A DNA stretch of 61,536 nt, filler included. It is 4 parts of 4 records of this genome, joined end to end, with 100 filler letters (N's around TTAATTAATTAA, not from the genome) between each part and the next. Parts side by side here need not be neighbours in the genome. Positions count along the whole stretch, not along the records: positions 41,005 to 61,536 come from SRR20825019_460; 3 more parts are not named here. One strand, 5' to 3'. The notes beneath the pieces are model-generated. The model saw only the letters and a program-made list of their open reading frames with translations. It ran no database searches and was not told where the DNA came from. A program made the translations under genes and the position numbers. Positions 44,962 through 55,526 of the stretch are shown piece after piece. Numbering within the stretch: the first letter of the stretch is position 1; each line of letters starts with the position of its first letter.

Positions 44962-47289
44962 ATGCGGATTACCCCAATCAATAGCGCTGAAGCGGTCTTC
45001 GAGCCGTTCTTTGACGAACGCTTGAGTGAGTTTGACCAGTGGGTCACCGCGACTCCGGGAGTCACCGGACTCAGCTTCACGCCCAGCTGGGCATTCGTGA
45101 TCGTCAATTGGGAACAGCCTTCACCCGACGGACTTGTGCTGCGCATGCGACGCGATTACGAACAGTTTGATTGTTCGAATTATGATCGAATCATCGTCGC
45201 GATCAATCTGCCCGAAGACTGCGTGATCAGCCTCAACGCCGAGACCGATGCGGGACCGCGTGAGCGCATCGGCACGCCCTGCGGCCCCACGCGCCACGAA
45301 GAATGGCTCGATCTCGAAGGGGCTCAGTCCATCCGCTCACTCACGATTGAAATCACCAGTCCGCACCCGCAGGCAGGCTCCGGATGGTTGCTGTGGTTCG
45401 GCCTGCAAAGCACCACCCGCTTGCCCGCTCATCTGGCACAGTGGGAAGGGTTCGACGACCAATGGGAGAAATATCTCCAGCCCGAAGATTTCGAACCCAC
45501 CTTCAAGCCGACTTACGGCCTGATGCTCAACGCCGAGGAGCTCGATTCCGTGCGCAGTGAGCTGGCCGATTCCGACCTGACAAGAGAATTGCGTCACGTC
45601 GGGGAGATGGCGCGGAACACCCGACCGGAAAACCTGATCGGCGAGAATATCACATTTTGGAATTTCAATGGATTCCGACGTGAACGCGACATGGGTAAGA
45701 TGATCACCATGCAAGGCCCGTTCGCCGCTCAGGCCGGCGTGCTATGGAAGGACAAGGCGCTCTGCCGGCACGCCGCCCGTTTCGCCCTCAGCCTCGTGCA
45801 TTGCGATCATTGGGAGGATATCTTCTTCGCGTGGATGCGCGGTAGCAATTGGGATCAACGCGGCTTCATCCAATCCCTCGGCGTCCTCGATTGCTCGATC
45901 ATTCTCGATCTCTGCGGTGAGTGGTTTACCCCGCTCGGTCGCGATCTGATCCTGCGCCGAATCGCGACCGAAGGTCACGGCGCGATGAGCCACGCTTCGT
46001 GGTGGTGGGAATACATGTATCATACCAACCAACTCTGTTGGATCACTCCGGCCCGGCTCTATGGACTGCTGGTGTTGGAAAAAACCATGCCCATGCGGGG
46101 CGAGGGATTTCCCACTCCGGCATCACGGGTCGCGCCGCACACCGATATCGTTTGGCAAAATTTGCAGGACAATCTCACCAACGCGCTGCTCCCCGATGGC
46201 GGCTATGTTGAGGGTCCCAACTATTTCACATGGGTGGCACGACAGGTCGCGTTTTCCGCGCTGCTTTACGGTCGCGGCCGGAACAAAGATCCCCGCGATC
46301 TGGTGCCCGAATCGCTGTTCAAAACCGCGCCTTTGGCCGAGATGCTCTATTCCACCGACGAGGGACAGGATATGATTCTGACCGGCGATGCGATGATGGC
46401 CGTGGGCGAAGGTCTGGCCTTTCTCGCCTGGCTCATGCCCGATTCGCATTGGGTCACCATTTATCGAAAATCGCTCCAACGCGCCGGCGCAGCCGCCTTC
46501 CTTCTGCCGATGCGACTCGATCCGGAAATACCGGCCGAAGGTCCCGCGCTCTCACCGTTCCTCAACATGCCCGATCTCGGTTACATGGCATCTGTGCGCC
46601 CACTCGGCGAAGAAACCGTGAAACTCTTTATTCTCGGCAACAAGGCCGGCGGTGATCATCAGCACGAGGACAAAGGAAGCTTCGTTCTGGAATGCGCCGG
46701 CGATAGTTTCGCCTTTGATTTCGGCGTGGTCGATTACGCCAATCCCGTTTGCGATCTGCTCAAGCAATGCCAACGCCACAACATGTTGACGCCCTTGAGC
46801 GAATCGGAACGTCCTCACCCGAAGAACCCGAATCCTGTCGATGTGAAACCACAGGGCGAAGGCGACGCCACGCGCTTCCACGCGACCATGGATGTCACAC
46901 CCGGCTGGGAGGGTTGGTTCCGCAAATGGCAACGCACGTGGGATTCACCGACGCCCGACACGTTCATTCTCACCGACGAATGGGAGGCTGAAAAAGGCGA
47001 TGGTGCCGTCCTCTATTGGACCACTCGCCTGCCCATGCGTTTGGAAGGTTCGCACGTGATTATCACCGGAAGCAGAGCCGTGGCCGAGCTTACCCTTCCC
47101 GAAGATGTCGAAGCCACCATCGAACAGCTCCCGCTTCTCGACCCGCGCCGCCAAAACACCGACGAAGAACGCCACGAGCTACTCCAATACGGCTGGCACC
47201 ATGCCGCCACCCAACCACGTCTCAGCGTGAAACAACGCGGACGCGAAGGCACTTTGAGAATTTCTGTTCAGCTAAAACTCATTTCCTAA
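44962..47289 (+). CDS. Heparinase II/III-like (oligosaccharide lyase-fold) protein, paralogue 1
   Basis: HTNQLCW, DGGYVEGPNYF, HQHEDKGSF, RHNMLT. Confidence 0.7.
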   Translation: MRITPINSAEAVFEPFFDERLSEFDQWVTATPGVTGLSFTPSWAFVIVNWEQPSPDGLVLRMRRDYEQFDCSNYDRIIVAINLPEDCVISLNAETDAGPRERIGTPCGPTRHEEWLDLEGAQSIRSLTIEITSPHPQAGSGWLLWFGLQSTTRLPAHLAQWEGFDDQWEKYLQPEDFEPTFKPTYGLMLNAEELDSVRSELADSDLTRELRHVGEMARNTRPENLIGENITFWNFNGFRRERDMGKMITMQGPFAAQAGVLWKDKALCRHAARFALSLVHCDHWEDIFFAWMRGSNWDQRGFIQSLGVLDCSIILDLCGEWFTPLGRDLILRRIATEGHGAMSHASWWWEYMYHTNQLCWITPARLYGLLVLEKTMPMRGEGFPTPASRVAPHTDIVWQNLQDNLTNALLPDGGYVEGPNYFTWVARQVAFSALLYGRGRNKDPRDLVPESLFKTAPLAEMLYSTDEGQDMILTGDAMMAVGEGLAFLAWLMPDSHWVTIYRKSLQRAGAAAFLLPMRLDPEIPAEGPALSPFLNMPDLGYMASVRPLGEETVKLFILGNKAGGDHQHEDKGSFVLECAGDSFAFDFGVVDYANPVCDLLKQCQRHNMLTPLSESERPHPKNPNPVDVKPQGEGDATRFHATMDVTPGWEGWFRKWQRTWDSPTPDTFILTDEWEAEKGDGAVLYWTTRLPMRLEGSHVIITGSRAVAELTLPEDVEATIEQLPLLDPRRQNTDEERHELLQYGWHHAATQPRLSVKQRGREGTLRISVQLKLIS

Positions 47290-47299
47290 ATCCCCCTTT

Positions 47300-49624
47300 A
47301 TGCGCCTGACTCCGGTTAACAGTGCGGAAGCTGTCTTTGAAGCCTTCCATGATGAGCAACTCAGTGAACTCGATCAGTGGACCGTCACTTCCAATGGCGT
47401 CACCGGATTCAAAATCTGGCAAAACTGGGTCTGGGTGCAATGGGAGTGGCAAGAACCCGCCGCCGATGGACTGGTGGTAAGATTCACGCGCGAACTCGAT
47501 CTGGATTGCTCCGCGTATGATCGAATCATCGTCAATGCTTCCATCGCCGAAGGCGGCACCTACACGCTCACCGCGGAAACCGATAACGGTCCGCGAACGC
47601 GAAAGGGCGAACCCTACGGAGCCACCAAGCGTGAGGAGTGGATGCCGCTCGACGGTGCCAAACGCATCACGCGACTCACGATCGAAGCGCACACTCCGAC
47701 CAAAGGATCCGGCAACGCATGGATTTATTGGATGGCGTTGCAAAGCACTGAACGCTTACCCAATCATCTCGCCCAATGGTCGGGCTATGATGAGCGCTGG
47801 GAGAACTATCTGCAGCCAGCCGAATTCGAACCCAGCTTCGAATCGAGTCACGAACTCCTGCTCAGTAACGACGAACTCAAAACCGTGCGTGACTCCTTCG
47901 CGGATTCTCCGATGGCGGACAGCCTGCGTGAATCTGCTGAAGATGCCCGCCAAGTGGTGCCGGAAAAACTGATCGGCCAATACGTCAATTTCTGGAACTC
48001 CAACCAACTGCGTCGTGAACGCGATCACGGCAAAGTCATCACGATCCACGGAGCCAACGCCGCGCAGGCCGGGTTGCTCTTTAAGGACAAGGAACTCTGC
48101 CGACTCGCCGCCCGTTTCGCGATCAGCATCGCCCACTGCGAAAGATGGGACGACAGCTTCGTCTGCTTCATGCCCGGCAGCACGTGGGAACAACGCAGCT
48201 TCGTCCCGTCGATCTGCGTGTTCGAATGTTCGTTGATTCTCGATCTCTGCGGAGAATGGTTCACCCCACTCGGCCGCGAACTGATTCTTCGCCGGATCGC
48301 CGAGGAAGGCATCGGTGAAATGAACTTCAACGCGTGGTGGTGGGAATACCTGTTTCACTGCAATCAGCTCGCTTGGTTCGCGCCTGGAAAAATCCTCGGC
48401 TATCTCCTGCTCGAACGCACGATGCCGATCCGCCGCGAAGGCTTTTCGGTGAAGACACCGTCACGCGTCGCCCCCTACACCGATCTCTCGGTTCAGGACT
48501 TGATCGAAAACTTGAACAACTGCCTCCAGGCCGACGGTGGCTATGTCGAGGGCCCCACCTATTTCACTTGGGTCGCGCGCCAGGCTTTCGTTTCGCTTCA
48601 CCTTTATGCCCGGGCACGAAAACAGTCCCTGCAGGAGCTCATGCCCGAGGCAATGAAGGCCACCGCACTGATGGCCGAAGTGCTCTACTCCACGGCCGAT
48701 GATCTCGATGTGCTCCCGATCTGTGACGCGATGTTTGCCTTTCCCGAAGCGCTCGCGCATCTCGCGGCGTTTATGCCCGAAAGCCATTGGGTCACGATTT
48801 ACCGGAAACAGCTCCGTCGTGCCGGTGCCGCCCCTTCCCTGTTAGCTTTGGCGGTATCGGAAAAAATTCCGGAGCAAGGGCCAGCGCTCCACCCCTTTAT
48901 TGAGATGCCGGCGACAGGCATGACTGCTTCGGTGCGAAAGATCGGCGATGAGATTATGAAGCTTTTCCTGATGGGCAACAAAGCCGGGGCGGGGCACACG
49001 CATGAAGACAAGGGCGGGTTCATCCTCGAATTCGCCGGAGATAGTTTTGCGATGGATTTCGGAGTGGTCGATTACAGCAATCCGTTGGTCGAAGAACTCA
49101 AGACCGCCCAACGTCACAACATGCTGACGCCTTGGTCACTGGGCGAACGGCCCGAGCCCGCCAATCCGATTAAGGCTGACATCCGCGCCAGCGCAAAAGG
49201 CGACGAAACTACCTTTCACGCCACCATGGATGCCACCGCCGGTTGGGAAGGTTGGTTCAAACAATGGCAGCGCACCTGGGATTCCCCCTCACCCGAAACC
49301 CTGTTGATCACGGATGAGTGGGAAATCGAGAAAGGCGAAGGGGTGATCTTCCATTGGACGACCCCGCTGCCGATGCGCCGGGAAGGCGATCTGATCATCA
49401 TCGAAGGTCGACGCGGATTGGCCCGGATCACGATACCGCCCGACACGGAAGCCCATTTGGAAGCGCTTCCGCTCATGAATGCCGAGCGGCGCGCCATCGA
49501 CGAACTTCGCCGCGAGCACACCCGATTCGGCATCAATCACGCCGACACCCAACCCCGGCTGACGATCCGTCAGCGTGGTAGAAGGGGAACGCTGCGCATC
49601 AAAGTGCAGCTCGCACTTAAGTAA
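47300..49624 (+). CDS. Heparinase II/III-like protein, paralogue 2
   Basis: HCNQLAW, DGGYVEGPTYF, HTHEDKGGF, RHNMLT; collinear with paralogue 1. Confidence 0.7.
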   Translation: MRLTPVNSAEAVFEAFHDEQLSELDQWTVTSNGVTGFKIWQNWVWVQWEWQEPAADGLVVRFTRELDLDCSAYDRIIVNASIAEGGTYTLTAETDNGPRTRKGEPYGATKREEWMPLDGAKRITRLTIEAHTPTKGSGNAWIYWMALQSTERLPNHLAQWSGYDERWENYLQPAEFEPSFESSHELLLSNDELKTVRDSFADSPMADSLRESAEDARQVVPEKLIGQYVNFWNSNQLRRERDHGKVITIHGANAAQAGLLFKDKELCRLAARFAISIAHCERWDDSFVCFMPGSTWEQRSFVPSICVFECSLILDLCGEWFTPLGRELILRRIAEEGIGEMNFNAWWWEYLFHCNQLAWFAPGKILGYLLLERTMPIRREGFSVKTPSRVAPYTDLSVQDLIENLNNCLQADGGYVEGPTYFTWVARQAFVSLHLYARARKQSLQELMPEAMKATALMAEVLYSTADDLDVLPICDAMFAFPEALAHLAAFMPESHWVTIYRKQLRRAGAAPSLLALAVSEKIPEQGPALHPFIEMPATGMTASVRKIGDEIMKLFLMGNKAGAGHTHEDKGGFILEFAGDSFAMDFGVVDYSNPLVEELKTAQRHNMLTPWSLGERPEPANPIKADIRASAKGDETTFHATMDATAGWEGWFKQWQRTWDSPSPETLLITDEWEIEKGEGVIFHWTTPLPMRREGDLIIIEGRRGLARITIPPDTEAHLEALPLMNAERRAIDELRREHTRFGINHADTQPRLTIRQRGRRGTLRIKVQLALK

Positions 49625-49644
49625 CAGGCTCCTTGCCCGCGCAC

Positions 49645-49680
49645 AAAAAACCCCGGTCATCATAACCGGGGTTTTGTTTT
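49645..49680. terminator. Bidirectional terminator
   Basis: AAAAAACCCCGGT..ACCGGGGTTTTGTTTT. Confidence 0.8.
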
Positions 49681-49702
49681 AAAGCTCCAGAGCATCGCGC
49701 GA

Positions 49703-51046
49703 TTAGGCGACACGCTCGACGATCAATGGCGGAGGAGTCGGACGCTTTGGAGCGAGACGGTAAGCCGTCTTGAAGCATTCGAGTGCCTGCTCAAGTTTCG
49801 CTTCGTCGTTGTAATGGATCATCATGAGTGGCTCGCCCTGTTTGACCTGGGTGCCGACTTTCTTGATCTCCGAAACACCGGCCGCGTGGTCGATCTTGCC
49901 CTTCTTATCCGGACCCGCACCAAGGATGGAAACACCCTGTGCGATGTAGGCGGCGTTGATCGTGTGCACATAGCCACGCTTGGGAGCAGGCAATTTGCGC
50001 ACGTGTTTCGCGGCAGGAAATTTGTCGGGATTATCGACATAGCTGGTGTCGCCACCCTGCGATTTGATGATCTCCTTAAACTTCTCCAATGCAGAACCGT
50101 CAGTGAGGTGACGCTGCACGGTTTGCTTGGCGGAAAGCGTCGAACCGGCGACTCCGGCGAGGCGCACAATTTCCATGCCGAGTTTTAAAACGAGTTCTTT
50201 CAAATCCTCCGGACCTTCGCCCTTGAGAAGTTGAATCGCTTCCTTCACTTCGAGGGAAGTGCCGACCGTATCACCAAGAGGTTGATTCATGTCGGTAACG
50301 AGCGCGACGCAGCGACGTTTCATCGAACGACCAACCCGGGTCATCGAACGCGCGAGTTGCTTCGCTTGCTCGAGATCCTTGATGAAGGAACCGTTGCCCC
50401 ACTTCACATCGATCACGAGGCCTTCAGCTCCTTCCGCAAGTTTCTTGGAAAGGACGCTACCGGTAATCAGCGGCAAGCTGGGGATCGTTCCGGTCTCTTT
50501 ACGGAGAGCGTAAAATTCGGCATCGGCGGGAGCGAGCTTCGGATCCTGCTTCACAATCGCGCCGCCAATCTTGGCGAGTTGCTTCGTGAAATCATCGATT
50601 GAGAGTTCACCGTTGAAACCGGGGAAGCTGCTCAGTTTGTGCAACGGGCTGATAATATAATCATGTTCCACGCCACACATCATCGGCACAACCACCCCGG
50701 CAGCCATCGCGAGAGGCGTCAACACGAGTGACGTCTTGTCACCCACGCCACCGGTCGAATACTTGTCGATCTTCGGTTTGGCGATCCGGGAAAGATCAAT
50801 AACCTCGCCGGAGAGCATCATCTCTTCGGTGAGAATCGCAGTCTCCTGGGCCGACATATTGGCGAAGTAAATCGCCATCAGCAGCGCAGACAGCTGATGC
50901 TTGGGCATATCGCCATCCAGCGTGCTATCAACGATGTAGCGAATTTCTTCTTGAGTAAATTCCTGACCGTCACGCTTCTTCTCAATCAGAGAATGAAACG
51001 AGGGCTTAATGAATCGACGGGATGGAATAGTGCGTTTGCTGCTCAT
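49703..51046 (-). CDS. Thymidine/pyrimidine-nucleoside phosphorylase homologue (divergent active site)
   Basis: IEKKRDG, DKYSTGGVGDKTSL, LSKKLAEG..IDVKWGNGSF, TDMNQPLG. Confidence 0.85.
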   Translation of the reverse strand: MSSKRTIPSRRFIKPSFHSLIEKKRDGQEFTQEEIRYIVDSTLDGDMPKHQLSALLMAIYFANMSAQETAILTEEMMLSGEVIDLSRIAKPKIDKYSTGGVGDKTSLVLTPLAMAAGVVVPMMCGVEHDYIISPLHKLSSFPGFNGELSIDDFTKQLAKIGGAIVKQDPKLAPADAEFYALRKETGTIPSLPLITGSVLSKKLAEGAEGLVIDVKWGNGSFIKDLEQAKQLARSMTRVGRSMKRRCVALVTDMNQPLGDTVGTSLEVKEAIQLLKGEGPEDLKELVLKLGMEIVRLAGVAGSTLSAKQTVQRHLTDGSALEKFKEIIKSQGGDTSYVDNPDKFPAAKHVRKLPAPKRGYVHTINAAYIAQGVSILGAGPDKKGKIDHAAGVSEIKKVGTQVKQGEPLMMIHYNDEAKLEQALECFKTAYRLAPKRPTPPPLIVERVA

Positions 51047-51268
51047 ATGTAACGTATGGATGGAAACTGCGGCGTGTCCGCAGGCGGAAAAGTTTTCGAG
51101 CGAAGCAGAATGAATATAAATGTCGAGTCAAAACGCCCGGCGATGCGACTCGATATCATTATTATTCATTAACAAACAATAGGTTACGCTTCGTAACATT
51201 CCTAGGGATACACTTTACCTCAAAATCCGCACTTGCGCGACGGGCCTTCCGCTTCCTTGAGTGATGCG

Positions 51269-53026
51269 ATGAACGTGACGTTTAATCTCGCCGCCGAGTT
51301 GGAAGCCGTCCTCCACACCGCCGCTCAAACCGCTGGTTTGGAGTCAGATGCGTTGAATACCGAGGTGCGCACCGCCGATCCGCGTCACGGTGATTTTCAG
51401 GCCAACGGCGTGCTGGGCTATGCCAAATCCCGTCAGCTCAACCCTCGCGCCACGGCGGAACAACTCGTCAAAGCTCTTCCCGAGGATCTCCTCAAGCATT
51501 GCGAGGTCTCCATCGCCGGCCCCGGTTTCATCAATTTCACATTCAAGCCGGACACTCTGCTGGATTGGCTTCGGAAACACGATACCGTCGATCATCTCAA
51601 ATCAGGGGCCTCGGCCTTTTATCACGGCCAACGTTTCGTGGTGGATTACAGCTCGCCCAATACTGCCAAGCAGCTCCACGTCGGTCACATCCGCAGTATG
51701 GTGATCGGAGAAGCAATCTGCCGGATGCTGTCATTCTGTGGTGCCGACGTCACCCGCGACAATCACATCGGCGATTGGGGAACGCAGTTCGGAAAGCTGA
51801 TCTGGGGTTACAAAAACCTGCGCGATGACTCTGCCCTCCAAACCGACCCCCTCGAAGAACTGGAGCGTCTCTACAAAGCTGCCGACGCCGCGACGAAGGA
51901 AGATTCCACCGTCCTCGAAGCAGCCCGCAACGAACTCGTCCTCCTCCAACAAGGCGACGACGAAAACCTTGCGCTGTGGCAAAAGATCATCGCGATCAGC
52001 TCCGGAGCCTTTCAGGAAATTTACCAACGCCTCGATATCAAATTTGATCACGAACACGGCGAGAGCTTCTACCGCGATAAACTCGACCGCGTTTACGACG
52101 AATTGGCTGACACCGGTCTTTCCACCGAATCCCAGGGAGCCCTCGTGGTCTTCCATCCCGAGCACCCCCGATTCAAGAGCCAACCTTTCATCGTCCGCAA
52201 ATCCGACGGGGCGTCGAACTACGCGACGACCGATCTCGCGACGATGCTCTACCGGACCGAACACTTTAAGGCCGATGCGATCATTATTCTGACCGATACG
52301 CGTCAATCCGATCACTTTGAGCAACTTTGGCTCACCACCGAAAAGTGGTATGCGGCCAAGAACTATCCCTTGCCGCGCTTCGAACATGTCTCCTTCGGCT
52401 CCATTCTCGGGGAAGATGGCAAGGCCATCAAAACGCGTTCCGGCGATCCCGTTCGTCTGAACGCCTTGTTGTCGGAAGCCTGTGATCGCGCTTTCGCGCT
52501 CGTCTCAGCAAAATCTCCCGATGTCCCGGAAGCCGAGCGCCGGGAAATCGCCAACACCGTGGGCATCGGGGCGGTGCGCTATGCCGATCTTTCTCAAAAC
52601 CGCAGCAGTGATTACGTCTTCAATTGGGAAAAAATCCTCTCTTTCGAAGGCAATACTGCTCCGTATCTTCTTTATGCCGTGAGCCGGATTCATTCGATTT
52701 TTCGGAAGCTCAAGATCGATCCCGCATCGCTGGAAGGCACGACCGGGGCGACCGCTCCGGAAACCCCCGCCGAACAAGCTCTCGCGCGCAAACTTGTCGG
52801 CCTCGCGGCGGTGCTCACTATGACCACCACGCAACTACGCCCGCATTTTCTCTGCACCTATCTCTACGATCTCGCCGGCGCCTTCAGTAGTTTTTACTCC
52901 GCCGACAAAGTCCTCGTCGATGATGAGCCCGTTCGCGCGCGGCGTCTGTTGCTCTGTGCCCGCACCCTGCTAGTTCTGGAAACGGGGCTACACCTGTTGG
53001 GACTGCGCACGCTGCAACGCATGTGA
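51269..53026 (+). CDS. argS: Arginine--tRNA ligase
   Basis: VDYSSPNTAKQLHVGHIRS, NHIGDWGTQFG, EGNTAPYLLY, C-terminal LQRM. Confidence 0.96.
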   Translation: MNVTFNLAAELEAVLHTAAQTAGLESDALNTEVRTADPRHGDFQANGVLGYAKSRQLNPRATAEQLVKALPEDLLKHCEVSIAGPGFINFTFKPDTLLDWLRKHDTVDHLKSGASAFYHGQRFVVDYSSPNTAKQLHVGHIRSMVIGEAICRMLSFCGADVTRDNHIGDWGTQFGKLIWGYKNLRDDSALQTDPLEELERLYKAADAATKEDSTVLEAARNELVLLQQGDDENLALWQKIIAISSGAFQEIYQRLDIKFDHEHGESFYRDKLDRVYDELADTGLSTESQGALVVFHPEHPRFKSQPFIVRKSDGASNYATTDLATMLYRTEHFKADAIIILTDTRQSDHFEQLWLTTEKWYAAKNYPLPRFEHVSFGSILGEDGKAIKTRSGDPVRLNALLSEACDRAFALVSAKSPDVPEAERREIANTVGIGAVRYADLSQNRSSDYVFNWEKILSFEGNTAPYLLYAVSRIHSIFRKLKIDPASLEGTTGATAPETPAEQALARKLVGLAAVLTMTTTQLRPHFLCTYLYDLAGAFSSFYSADKVLVDDEPVRARRLLLCARTLLVLETGLHLLGLRTLQRM

Positions 53027-53102
53027 GCCGGAGGCTCCGGCATTTGGCCCGGGCCACAAATCGCTTGCCGCTGGCCTGCGGCGAGCCCAGATTCCCCGTC
53101 CT

Positions 53103-53864
53103 ATGGCTACGCAGGAATTCTACGTCCGCAACGAGTCCGATACCGAAGCCCGCGGGCCCTTTAACTTGGAACAATTATCCTCGTTGGTCGATACCGGTCA
53201 GGTAACGGCCGATACTCTCCTCTACGACGAATCCTCGGAAGATTGGGTGGCCATTGGCGATAACGCCGAAGTAAAAGCCCAACTTTTCCCCGAAAAGAAG
53301 AAGCTGCAAATGCGGGGTCAGGTCGAACGCCCGACCGCTGATGGTGCCGCCACCGACAGTCGTCCGCCCATCACGGTAGGCGATATGCTTGCGGCGGCCG
53401 AGGGTCGAACGGACGATACGAAAGACCGGCTCGATCCAGCGATCGCCATGGCGCGTGCCGCGGCGATCGGGGCCTGGAGCTGCGTTCTGATGCTGGTGTT
53501 GGCCGCAGCAGCGGAGATCGCTCCTTCAATCGATTATCTGATGGAGTTCAATGTCGCCAAATTACTCGACCACCCACTCGTCATCTTGGGTGCACTCGAC
53601 ATCCTGTTGGCGGTAATTATCGGTTTGGGAATGATGACCGCCTATCCGATTGTCAGGTTTCGTGCCGCCCTCGGTTTTGGCTTTCTTGGTTTCATCTTTT
53701 TCACCCAAGGCGCTTCCCTCCCTCTACTCTCGGTGATCGCCGGATCAGCGGGACTCTACCTGTGCACCGTCACGGTGAGCATCCCCATCGTCCTCGTCTC
53801 CGCATTCGTTGGCATCGTCGGTATGCTCGGGGTCGCCTACCACATGATACTCGTCGCCGGCTGA
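53103..53864 (+). CDS. Membrane protein with an N-terminal GYF_2-like domain
   Basis: RGPFNLEQL..GQVTADTLLY..W followed by TM helices. Confidence 0.7.
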   Translation: MATQEFYVRNESDTEARGPFNLEQLSSLVDTGQVTADTLLYDESSEDWVAIGDNAEVKAQLFPEKKKLQMRGQVERPTADGAATDSRPPITVGDMLAAAEGRTDDTKDRLDPAIAMARAAAIGAWSCVLMLVLAAAAEIAPSIDYLMEFNVAKLLDHPLVILGALDILLAVIIGLGMMTAYPIVRFRAALGFGFLGFIFFTQGASLPLLSVIAGSAGLYLCTVTVSIPIVLVSAFVGIVGMLGVAYHMILVAG

Positions 53865-53871
53865 TCTTATC

Positions 53872-55437
53872 ATGGCCCGTCTCGTCGACTATTGGCGTCG
53901 GTTTCGCGAACTCTATCACAAGGAAATCTGGCAGCCCGCCTATCTGGAAGACCGCTCGTGGAGAGGCCGACTCTACACGCTGCTGCGCATCTTCTCGATC
54001 ACCATCACGGTCTTCACGGAAACCCGGGCCGCCAGTCGGGCGGCTGCCCTGAGTTTCAGCTCGCTCCTGGGTTTCGGCCCATTGATTGCAATCGCCATGG
54101 TCGTCGCCGGGATGGTCGTGAAACAGGACGACCCCGATCTCGCGGTCAATACCCTGAACCGGATGATCAAGTTCATCGCCCCGCAAGTCGGGCAATACGA
54201 ATCCCTCACCTCCGAAACTGATCCCTATCGCAACCCCGACGGACATGATGTTGCTCGGGCCATCGCCCCTTCGCCCACGCTCAGCATCAAAGAGAATCCC
54301 CCTCCGGCAGAGGCCAAGGCCGATCCCAATCAGACCGAGGTAAATCCCGAGTTGGTGCAGCTCATCAACGGGGTCGTCGCCGGTTCACGTTCCGGCACGG
54401 CCGGAGCGCTGGGCGCCCTTACTCTCATCTTTATCGTCATCCTGCTGTTCAAATCGATCGAAGATGCCTTCAACGAGATCTGGGGCGTGCGCGAAGGGCG
54501 CACCTGGTTGATGCGCATCATCTACTACTGGACGATTCTCACACTGGGGGCCGTGTTGTTTTTTGCTTCGATCACTCTCCTCGGCGCCGGCGCCTTCATC
54601 AATGTCTTCATCGAAAAACTCCCCTTCGGACACGAGTTGCTCGATGCCACGCGCTGGATGCTGCCTTTGGTTTCCGGTGCTTTTGTCGTGGCGATCCTCA
54701 CGCTGTTTTACCGCTATATCCCGAACACTCACGTGTTCTGGCGAGCGGCCTTTGTCGGTGCACTGATTGTCGCGCTGCTGCTGCTCATGAACAACTTTCT
54801 CGCATTTATCTATGTGCGACGCGTGGTCGTTTCCAAAAGCCTCTATGGCTCCCTGGGCATCCTGCCGATCCTGATGTTCGGTCTCTACATTTTCTGGCTC
54901 TATGTGCTGATCGGCGGACAGATTAGCTACGCGGTGCAAAACGTGCATTTCCGCAGCAGTCAAAACGCGTGGAGCACGCTATCGATTCGCACCCGCGAAC
55001 GACTGTCTCTGCTTGTGCTCATCACGATCGGTCGTCGTTTCCAGGACTGCCTCCCCCCCTGCACCGCTTCGGAACTCAGCACGATGATGCGAGTGCCCAC
55101 GCAGATCCTTAATGAGAGTATCAACCTGCTCGTTGATACGCGATTGATTACCCCCATTCCCTCCGCCGAAGCCGATCCTTCGACAGACTTTACCTATCAA
55201 CCGTCACGGCCCCTGAATCGCATTACGCTCAGCGAATTCAGGGATAATATCGATCAACACGGTGAAAACCTCATCGGCGACAATTTCGACGGGCTTGAAC
55301 CCCTGCTTCGCGAGTATCGCTCCAAAATGAGCCAGAAAGACCGTGACAGCTTCCTCCGCAAGCCACTCGATTTACTGATCGCCGAGTATCCCGTGACGGA
55401 TTCACGTCCCCCTTACGCGTTCTCCGAAGGCAACTAG
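53872..55437 (+). CDS. YihY/BrkB-family membrane protein with a C-terminal HTH-like extension
   Basis: RAAALSFSSLL, IEDAFNEIWGV, LYGSLGILPI. Confidence 0.88.
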   Translation: MARLVDYWRRFRELYHKEIWQPAYLEDRSWRGRLYTLLRIFSITITVFTETRAASRAAALSFSSLLGFGPLIAIAMVVAGMVVKQDDPDLAVNTLNRMIKFIAPQVGQYESLTSETDPYRNPDGHDVARAIAPSPTLSIKENPPPAEAKADPNQTEVNPELVQLINGVVAGSRSGTAGALGALTLIFIVILLFKSIEDAFNEIWGVREGRTWLMRIIYYWTILTLGAVLFFASITLLGAGAFINVFIEKLPFGHELLDATRWMLPLVSGAFVVAILTLFYRYIPNTHVFWRAAFVGALIVALLLLMNNFLAFIYVRRVVVSKSLYGSLGILPILMFGLYIFWLYVLIGGQISYAVQNVHFRSSQNAWSTLSIRTRERLSLLVLITIGRRFQDCLPPCTASELSTMMRVPTQILNESINLLVDTRLITPIPSAEADPSTDFTYQPSRPLNRITLSEFRDNIDQHGENLIGDNFDGLEPLLREYRSKMSQKDRDSFLRKPLDLLIAEYPVTDSRPPYAFSEGN

Positions 55438-55526
55438 GCGATCCGATCAATATCCTCTCCATCTCCCAACCCCTAATTAGCCCTTGCCTCGGTAGCACGC
55501 CCTCCTAGCTTGGCCCGTTTACGCCC

